Positions 57,847 to 64,000 of a stretch of 64,000 nt of DNA are shown here, piece by piece. The notes under the pieces were generated by a model. It had not been told where the DNA came from and searched no databases. It saw only the letters and a program-made list of their open reading frames with translations. Every line of letters begins with the position of its first letter. Position 1 is the stretch's first letter. The DNA comes from Bdellovibrionales bacterium (GTDB lineage: Bacteria > Bdellovibrionota > Bdellovibrionia > Bdellovibrionales > Bdellovibrionaceae). The DNA lies in NCBI GenBank assembly GCA_031370005.1, contig JANMPT010000110.1, positions 96,001-160,000 on the forward strand. The letters run 5' to 3'. The position numbers were made by a program, and so were the translations under genes.

Positions 57847-58770
57847 CTACTGAATTGAGTAATCAAGGGTTTCATTGCGTCCACCACGATCAACACTCAT
57901 TTTGATATTGTTTGAGTTCTTAAACATATTAAAAAGCTCCATGGCTTTTTGCGGTGTATCTACGGGCTCCCCATTAACTGTCTTAATCAGGTCCATGCGT
58001 TGGATTCCAAGTTGCGAGAAAATGCTGTTTGGCTGAAAATCCACAATGCGGTAGCCGATGACTTCCCCCGTGACCTTGTCGCGGGCAGGAACTGCACGGG
58101 CCTGCATAAGAATACTGGGAAGATCGTTTAGATATTTTTGCAGATCAGCGCGTTTGATAGTGAATTTATTGTCGCCAAGATTTTTAACTTCGCCGGAGCC
58201 ACCGGCAACAGGAGTCATTGCGCCAAAGGCGACTTTTTGATTTCCGTAGGGCTTCATTTCAATAAATTCAAGAGCATTGCTATTAAGATTTCGTAAAATG
58301 ACCTTTTGTCGTTCGACCTTTAGTAGCGTTGCTAGGTTTTCAATATTTCTTTTAGGAGTATAAGACAGAGTTTGATTTTTTCCTCGAATTTCGATGGCCG
58401 CAATAGATTTTTCGGGATTGGAGCTTACGAGGGTTCCAATAAGATTTAGAGGTAACTGCGAAAGCACCGGAGCCATTTCATCCATTTTATTAGGATCTTG
58501 ACCTTTGGGAATCAAGGCGTTGGGAATGAGACCATCTGCAGAAAATATGTTACGAGAAATAATAGTATTAAGCGCTCCGCGGGAAACTAAATTATCATTT
58601 ATAGTTTTTTTGGGGTGAGCTGGGGGAGTTTGATTTGGGAGCATAAGGTCGCGATAGCTTAAGATCAGCAAATCAGCCACAGTAAAGCCGATGAAGACAA
58701 AAAGAAGATATGATAGCCATGGTTCAAAAGCAGGGCGCTTTTCTTTTAACTTTTTATTGTCTATGGCCAC
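57847..58770 (-). CDS. gspC: Type II secretion protein C (HR plus PDZ)
   Basis: TM, RNIF, LNLIGT HR domain, PDZ LGIQRMDLIKTVNG. Confidence 0.88.
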   Translation of the reverse strand: MAIDNKKLKEKRPAFEPWLSYLLFVFIGFTVADLLILSYRDLMLPNQTPPAHPKKTINDNLVSRGALNTIISRNIFSADGLIPNALIPKGQDPNKMDEMAPVLSQLPLNLIGTLVSSNPEKSIAAIEIRGKNQTLSYTPKRNIENLATLLKVERQKVILRNLNSNALEFIEMKPYGNQKVAFGAMTPVAGGSGEVKNLGDNKFTIKRADLQKYLNDLPSILMQARAVPARDKVTGEVIGYRIVDFQPNSIFSQLGIQRMDLIKTVNGEPVDTPQKAMELFNMFKNSNNIKMSVDRGGRNETLDYSIQ

Positions 58771-58935
58771 TGGTCAATTCCTTTACCAATCCTTTGTTAA
58801 ATCAGGGATTTGAATCCTTTAAGCTCAAACATATCCTAACAAAAAGGCTTGGTCCTGGGCAGAAAGAAAATTGGACCTAGACCTTAGCCTGTCAGGACTC
58901 GGTGGCAGGGGGGAGTTCTGTTACCTTATAAATAT

Positions 58936-59436
58936 ATGAACGTGGTTTATTTCACGCTGGGTGAATCAATTATTGATGTTGAGGTCCGCGCGCAACTTTT
59001 GCGCGTGCCCGAAGTGCTTTCTGATCTTCGGCAAGCTCAAGACTTTATTCCGAATATGGATTTGATTTCTATCATGGGATCGCAGGAGCTTTTTCAAAAA
59101 GTTACTAAAGATTTTCAATTGAAATTGGCGCAGCTTCTGCAAGAGTCTTTATTTAAGCGGTGGAAAGCCTCAGGCGTTCATTATGATATTATAATTGAGC
59201 GAAGAAAGTTTAGTGATTCTGCTGCGTGGCGCAGGTCTCTTAAGGAGTTGCTTCACAATAGTGCAGAATTTCATATGTACGTTTTTGGTCCTGGATTTGA
59301 TGATTTTGAATATGAAGTTGGCAAATTAAAATTTAAGATTCCGCCGCAAATTTTTCTGCATGAAATAATCTCAGAAGATCCAATGTTGGACTGGTTCTGG
59401 CCAACGATCATGCAGGGCGCGAAGCTTTCTGCTTAA
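58936..59436 (+). CDS. Hypothetical protein, possible degenerate FabD/acyltransferase fold
   Basis: 166-aa ORF with W..S...L....H.Y.FGPG resembling the FabD C-terminal motif; no GHSxG. Confidence 0.55.
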   Translation: MNVVYFTLGESIIDVEVRAQLLRVPEVLSDLRQAQDFIPNMDLISIMGSQELFQKVTKDFQLKLAQLLQESLFKRWKASGVHYDIIIERRKFSDSAAWRRSLKELLHNSAEFHMYVFGPGFDDFEYEVGKLKFKIPPQIFLHEIISEDPMLDWFWPTIMQGAKLSA

Positions 59437-59453
59437 TATATAATTCGTTTTAG

Positions 59454-61166
59454 TTAGCCAAAAGTAAATGCGAAGGCCTGTACTCCCGGGTCTAAAAATT
59501 CAATTTCAAAGGTTTTATCTTGAAGATCCTGGGTGTCTTTTTGGCGAATCAGCTGATAAAGGCGGTTTTCTTTTACTTTGCCAATCCCATTGGTATTAAT
59601 GTCTATTCCGTGGTCCGCAGCTGGAGCTTTGCCATCAAGGGTGACTTTGAAACGTATTTCTTTGCCAGGGGTGCTGGGGCCAAGCACCAGATGCAGATCG
59701 CGGGCGTGAAAGCGAAAGGTGATTTTTCCTGAAGCCTTTATAAGCGTAGCTTCTTGAGATCCAATTCGCCAGCTTCCAGTAAGCCCCCAATCGTTGAGCT
59801 TTAGATCTTTATCCACGGAGTAGCTGACGGCCTTATCAATTACTAAGCTAGGTGTGACTTGAAGATTTTCTGCTCGACTATAACCTATATAGGTTTCAGG
59901 AGAGCGGACCTCTTTTAAATCTCCAGGGGCCTGAGCTCCTGAGCCTGAAACTTGTACAAAGTTACTGGCTCGAGCTTGCGTGCTTTCGCCTAGTAGATCC
60001 TGCAGAACTTTTTCAGACTCTTCATAGTGTCCTTCGCCGAAATGATGATAGCGAATATTGCCACTACGATCTGCAAAGTAGTGAGCTGGCCAATATTGGT
60101 TTTTAAATGCGTTCCAAATTATATAATTATTATCCACAGCCACTGGATAGGTAATGCCTAGGTCTTTCACTGCATTAGATACATTTGTTAAATCCTTTTC
60201 AAAGGCGAACTCCGGGGTGTGAACACCGATGACCACTAAGCCTTGGTCTTTGTATTTTTCTGCCCAGGCTTTGACATAAGGTAAAGTTCTTAAGCAGTTG
60301 ATGCATGAGTAAGTCCAAAAATCTATGAGTACCACTTTGCCTTTTAAGTCTTGTTTCGTTAGTGGTGCAGAGTTTAGCCAAGATACAGCCCCATCAATTT
60401 CGGGCAATGGACCTTCGTTATCTTCTGTTGTGGTTTCCTGTGGTGCTGAATTATTTTTGAACAGATGAATCAAACTTTGTTCTATGGATTCGGTTTGAAT
60501 TTTTGAGATTTTCGTTAGTATTGTGCGGTCGAGATTAAAAGCAATCATCACAACGCCTACTAAGATCGCTCCACCAATAATTTTTTTTACCCTGCTTTCA
60601 ACTTTGAGATATTTTTTCATTTTCCCAAAAACTTTGCCTCCAGCAAGAAGAGCCAGAGCTAAAGAGCTTCCAGCGCCGAGGGCATAGGCAAACAAGAAAG
60701 CCGCTGCGGCAGTGGGGCTTCGTTGGGAAGCGGCACCAGTTAAAATGAGTCCCAGAATAGGGCCGGCACAAGGGGCCCACAAAAATCCCGTAGCAGCGCC
60801 AATCAGAAAAGATTGGCGGGGGTTTGCAGCGTCTTTGTTGGAGTTATTTAGCTTTACTCCCAGACGAGTGAGTGGGGCTAAAAGAGTTTCTAGGTATATG
60901 GGGAAAATCAAAGATAAGGCAAAGAAGCTTAAAAGAGCTAAGGCTAGCCATCTGCTAAAAATATTAGCTTGGGCCACCCAGGTTCCTCCAGCCACTGCAA
61001 GAACTGAAATGCCAGTGAAGCTTACCGCCATCCCGCTCAAGAGCGGCAGGCCACTCTTGTAAAAGGCCTGATCCGCCTTTGCAAAGACAAAGGGAAGAAC
61101 TGGAAGAATACAGGGGCTAAGAATGGTTAAGAAGCCCCCAATATAAGACAATATTAAGAGGAACAT
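59454..61166 (-). CDS. dipZ: DipZ-type CcdA-thioredoxin fusion
   Basis: LSPCILPVLP and WAPCAGPILG (CcdA cysteines), DFWTYSCINC thioredoxin, HTPEFAFE, RLYQL C-terminal domain. Confidence 0.92.
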   Translation of the reverse strand: MFLLILSYIGGFLTILSPCILPVLPFVFAKADQAFYKSGLPLLSGMAVSFTGISVLAVAGGTWVAQANIFSRWLALALLSFFALSLIFPIYLETLLAPLTRLGVKLNNSNKDAANPRQSFLIGAATGFLWAPCAGPILGLILTGAASQRSPTAAAAFLFAYALGAGSSLALALLAGGKVFGKMKKYLKVESRVKKIIGGAILVGVVMIAFNLDRTILTKISKIQTESIEQSLIHLFKNNSAPQETTTEDNEGPLPEIDGAVSWLNSAPLTKQDLKGKVVLIDFWTYSCINCLRTLPYVKAWAEKYKDQGLVVIGVHTPEFAFEKDLTNVSNAVKDLGITYPVAVDNNYIIWNAFKNQYWPAHYFADRSGNIRYHHFGEGHYEESEKVLQDLLGESTQARASNFVQVSGSGAQAPGDLKEVRSPETYIGYSRAENLQVTPSLVIDKAVSYSVDKDLKLNDWGLTGSWRIGSQEATLIKASGKITFRFHARDLHLVLGPSTPGKEIRFKVTLDGKAPAADHGIDINTNGIGKVKENRLYQLIRQKDTQDLQDKTFEIEFLDPGVQAFAFTFG

Positions 61167-61183
61167 ACATAACTCCTGTGCTT

Positions 61184-61690
61184 TTATTTTTTAAATAGGC
61201 TTAAGTACTCTTTGTAGCCATCCTTTTCTAAGTCACTCACCGGAATAAAACGAAGGGATGCAGAGTTCAAGCAATAGCGAAGGCCCGTGGGCGCTGGTCC
61301 ATCATCAAAGACATGCCCCAAGTGGGAGTCTGCGTTTAGACTGCGCACTTCTGTTCGTTTTACCAAAAGCAGATGATCTGTTTGAGTCTTAATAAATTTA
61401 TTGTCCAAAGGTTTTGTAAAACTTGGCCATCCTGTACCGGAATCGTATTTATCTTTAGAACTAAACAGTGGCTCGCCAGAAACAACATCGACATAGATGC
61501 CTTCTCTGTGATTGTCCCAATACTCATTATGAAAAGGAGCCTCGGTGCCCTCTTTTTGGGTCACTTCATATTGAGTCGAAGACAGTTTCTGTTTCAGCTC
61601 CACTTGAGAGGGTTTCTTAAAATTTGTCATATCCACCGCCAGTGCGTGAGTTGTGATTAGGCTAATAATTAGAACGAAAAATGACCTCAT
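61184..61690 (-). CDS. msrB: Exported peptide-methionine (R)-S-oxide reductase
   Basis: [40 protein letters not shown]; signal peptide from ATG 61690 with GGAGG SD. Confidence 0.95.
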   Translation of the reverse strand: MRSFFVLIISLITTHALAVDMTNFKKPSQVELKQKLSSTQYEVTQKEGTEAPFHNEYWDNHREGIYVDVVSGEPLFSSKDKYDSGTGWPSFTKPLDNKFIKTQTDHLLLVKRTEVRSLNADSHLGHVFDDGPAPTGLRYCLNSASLRFIPVSDLEKDGYKEYLSLFKK

Positions 61691-61737
61691 CGAACACCTC
61701 CCATGATGCTTTTTCAATTCTTGTTTTCAGAAGTTTA

Positions 61738-61763
61738 TTCGAAAGCGGGTCAGAAAAGGTTAC
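61738..61763 (-). promoter_or_regulatory. ECF sigma promoter for msrB-dipZ
   Basis: Minus strand GTAACC-N16-CGAA. Confidence 0.8.
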
Positions 61764-61895
61764 ATCGGATTGTAATATTTAAAAATATTTCTTCTCAATT
61801 TGATATGTGATTGATATGCGCAACGCGTAAGTTGCTGGAAATTCTGGTATTCTATGAGCTAAATAAGGGCTCCTATAATAAATCCAATAATAATT

Positions 61896-61921
61896 GTAAC
61901 CTTTTTTAAGGATGTTGCGAA
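61896..61921 (+). promoter_or_regulatory. ECF sigma promoter for the sigma-nrsF-msrA operon
   Basis: GTAACC-N16-CGAA, twin of the divergent site. Confidence 0.8.
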
Positions 61922-62547
61922 TGAACGTTAAAGGCAGTGAGAAAACAAGCCTTGATCGGTCTCGGGATGAACTGGAGCTTTCTCAATTAATGAGGAATTC
62001 ACAGGGTGGTGATGGTGAAAGTTATCGTCGTTTGCTCATTAGGATTCGTGCCATGTTGCTAAAATATGTTGAAAATTCATTTGCACGTTTTGGCTTAGCT
62101 TCCGGAGGGGGGCAGGAGGACGTTTTACAAGACGCACTTTTGGCAGTGCATTTAAAAAGGCATACTTATGATCCGCAACAGTTCTTCCTGCCTTGGCTTT
62201 ATGCAATTGCCCGCTATAAATTGATCGATTATTTGCGTAAGAACAAAGTGAGCTTGAAGTCTACGGTTTCTTTGGACTCCTTGGCTGACGAGCTTGAAAA
62301 TATCGAGGCTTTGAGTAATCTTGATGTGACTTCACAATTGGATCTTGAAGTTCTTTGTGAATCGCTACCTGAAAAACAAAAAAAGCTTCTAAAATTAGTG
62401 AAACTTGAAGGTCTTTCCGTAGAAGAGACGGCCAGGCGCACTGGTTTTTCCAAAAGTGATATTAAGGTTAGCATTCATCGCGCAATTAAATTTTTAAAAG
62501 ACAAGGTCAAAAATCAGATCAAGGAGTCTCATCATGAAAACAGATGA
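61912..62547 (+). CDS. ECF sigma factor (SigF/ECF16-like); start uncertain
   Basis: LM...Q.GD...YRRLL, EDVLQDALLAVHLKRHTYDP..FLPWLYAIARYKLIDYLR, region 4 KLEGLSVEETA..KVSIHRA. Confidence 0.92.
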   Translation: MLRMNVKGSEKTSLDRSRDELELSQLMRNSQGGDGESYRRLLIRIRAMLLKYVENSFARFGLASGGGQEDVLQDALLAVHLKRHTYDPQQFFLPWLYAIARYKLIDYLRKNKVSLKSTVSLDSLADELENIEALSNLDVTSQLDLEVLCESLPEKQKKLLKLVKLEGLSVEETARRTGFSKSDIKVSIHRAIKFLKDKVKNQIKESHHENR

Positions 62548-63178
62548 CTTGATTTCACAACTTGCAAAGGATTTAAAGCCTGTTCGATCCCCAGAAAATT
62601 CTTTTATTTTTGCTATAAAGTGGAGCTTTGTGAGCTTTATTCTGATTGCAATTCTTATTGAATTTATAAAGCCGCGGTTGGATCTTTTTAACGGTCGGCA
62701 GGAATTGGACATTGTTTTGCAGGTCCTCTCTTTTTCAGGATTACTTTTCGTTTCTCTTTTCCTGATCTCTTGGCGCTCGTCGCCAGGTCGGCCGCGTCAG
62801 GATATTTATTCATGGATACCTGTTCTGATTTTATGTATCGGCTTACTGGTAAATTTGATCTATGTTTTTGGCCTCAGTACCGAAGCAATGTCCATAGGTA
62901 TGGATGTTCTTGGTTCTAGTTGTGCTTTTGTCGCAATGGCCGTTGGAGCTGTGACAGGCACTATTTTTACTCTCAAAGCCCGTCAGGGGGCAAGCACGAG
63001 CCCTCTTAAAAGCGGAGCTATCGTAGGGCTTGCGGCCCTTGGTGCTGGCGGTCTTGCGATCACTTTGCATTGTGGCGACAGTAATGGCATGCACATCTTA
63101 TTGTGGCATTTCCTAGTTCCCTCCATAGCGATGGCTATTTTTGGCTTAGTTATCGGTAAAAAGATTTTACGTTGGTAG
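62534..63178 (+). CDS. nrsF: NrsF/DUF1109-type membrane anti-sigma factor
   Basis: MKTDDLISQLAKDLKPV N-terminus, about 6 TMs, conserved C and LHC..., WH. Confidence 0.88.
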   Translation: MKTDDLISQLAKDLKPVRSPENSFIFAIKWSFVSFILIAILIEFIKPRLDLFNGRQELDIVLQVLSFSGLLFVSLFLISWRSSPGRPRQDIYSWIPVLILCIGLLVNLIYVFGLSTEAMSIGMDVLGSSCAFVAMAVGAVTGTIFTLKARQGASTSPLKSGAIVGLAALGAGGLAITLHCGDSNGMHILLWHFLVPSIAMAIFGLVIGKKILRW

Positions 63179-63208
63179 TTTTTTATCACCTAAATAAAGG
63201 AGAGCGCC

Positions 63209-63820
63209 ATGTCTGATCTCAATACTTTTAGGAAATGGCTTCTAAAGTTTAGCTTTTTATTTTCACTATTGTTGGGAAGCAAGGCTTTTGCAGTGATGAA
63301 CTCTAGCACCACGACGTTGCAGAATCAGAAGCAGATAGCAATTTTAGCTGGAGGGTGTTTTTGGGGAATGGAAGAAGTTTTTCGGAAAGTTCCAGGGGTT
63401 ATTAAAACTCAAGTCGGCTATGCGGGTGGAAAAATTGAAAATCCAAGCTACGAGCAGGTCAGTCAAGGCAATACAGGGCATGCTGAGTCTATTAAGATCG
63501 AGTTTGATCCTTCAAAAATCACTTACGCGGAGGTCTTGAAATTTTACTTCCGAATGCATGATCCAACCTCATTAAATCGTCAAGGCAATGATATTGGAAC
63601 GCAATATCGTTCGGAGATTTTTTATGTCAACGATACTCAAAAGCAAGTAGCCGAAAAGCTTATAAAGCTCGTGGATCAGTCAAAGAAATGGCCAAAACCA
63701 GTGGTGACCAAGATTGAGGCAGCAGGGAAATTTTTCCCGGCGGCGGAATATCATCAGAGGTATTTGCTGAAAAATCCGAATGGCTATAATGATCATTATT
63801 TGAGAGATTTTAAGTTTTAG
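63209..63820 (+). CDS. msrA: Exported peptide-methionine (S)-S-oxide reductase
   Basis: AGGCFWG, GYAGG, GHAE, HDPT.LNRQGNDIGTQYRS, AEYHQRYL; signal peptide. Confidence 0.95.
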   Translation: MSDLNTFRKWLLKFSFLFSLLLGSKAFAVMNSSTTTLQNQKQIAILAGGCFWGMEEVFRKVPGVIKTQVGYAGGKIENPSYEQVSQGNTGHAESIKIEFDPSKITYAEVLKFYFRMHDPTSLNRQGNDIGTQYRSEIFYVNDTQKQVAEKLIKLVDQSKKWPKPVVTKIEAAGKFFPAAEYHQRYLLKNPNGYNDHYLRDFKF

Positions 63821-63999
63821 ATAAAGAAGGGCTCAAAACTGATGGGAGTGTCGTTTGATGGCGTCAAAAAATCAGGAGCATTTTGATCTGGAGGAACCAT
63901 GCAGTACAAACCATGGGGAATCTTCGCACAAACCCAATTTTGAGGTCGTTTATAGGTCAGTTCCTCGCGAGTTTGAGAATAAACTAAGAAGTCATTAGA
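63817..63999 (-). CDS. 3' end of an unidentified gene running off the window
   Basis: Frame is open from the window edge to TAA at 63817-63819 (60 codons). Confidence 0.5.
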   Translation of the reverse strand, partial: SNDFLVYSQTREELTYKRPQNWVCAKIPHGLYCMVPPDQNAPDFLTPSNDTPISFEPFFI

Positions 64000-64000
64000 T

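Noticed and set aside
1..64000. CRISPR array, rRNA, prophage or integrase
   Set aside because: No regularly spaced repeats, rRNA-like segment, phage structural genes or tyrosine/serine recombinase ORF seen in the window.

Overview
Mostly core chromosome of a bacterium whose gene content and order look Bdellovibrionota-like; this taxon call is inference from synteny and protein types. The core blocks are ffh-rpsP-khpA-rimM-trmD-SPOUT-rplS-rnhB-yraN, lptD, rimP-nusA-infB-rbfA-truB-rpsO-pnp-M16 peptidase-dut, mutL-miaA-yicC-gmk-rpoZ-rel, ssb, and a gspC-N type II secretion cluster. At the right end is an ECF sigma/NrsF-regulated msrA / msrB-dipZ module with twin GTAACC-N16-CGAA promoters. Three accessory spots stand out. 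(1) 14070-15317: a tRNA-Leu(CAA) gene split by a 259-nt group I intron inserted after C34, so the 5' splice-site pair is C-G rather than U.G. A toxin-first type II TA pair follows it, then a 5'-truncated, intron-less, compensatorily diverged second copy of the tRNA, giving an att-bounded mini-island with no integrase. (2) 15461-18499: an AT-rich islet with an orphan class I SAM methyltransferase and a divergent tandem-wHTH regulator. (3) 42829-43621: a RAYT-like HUH (Y1) transposase gene bounded by attL/attR-like sites (inverted inner arms, directly repeated CCAGC core, outer arms that re-form a palindrome on excision), preceded by a sigma54-type promoter. All calls come from reading the sequence and translations; no searches were run.
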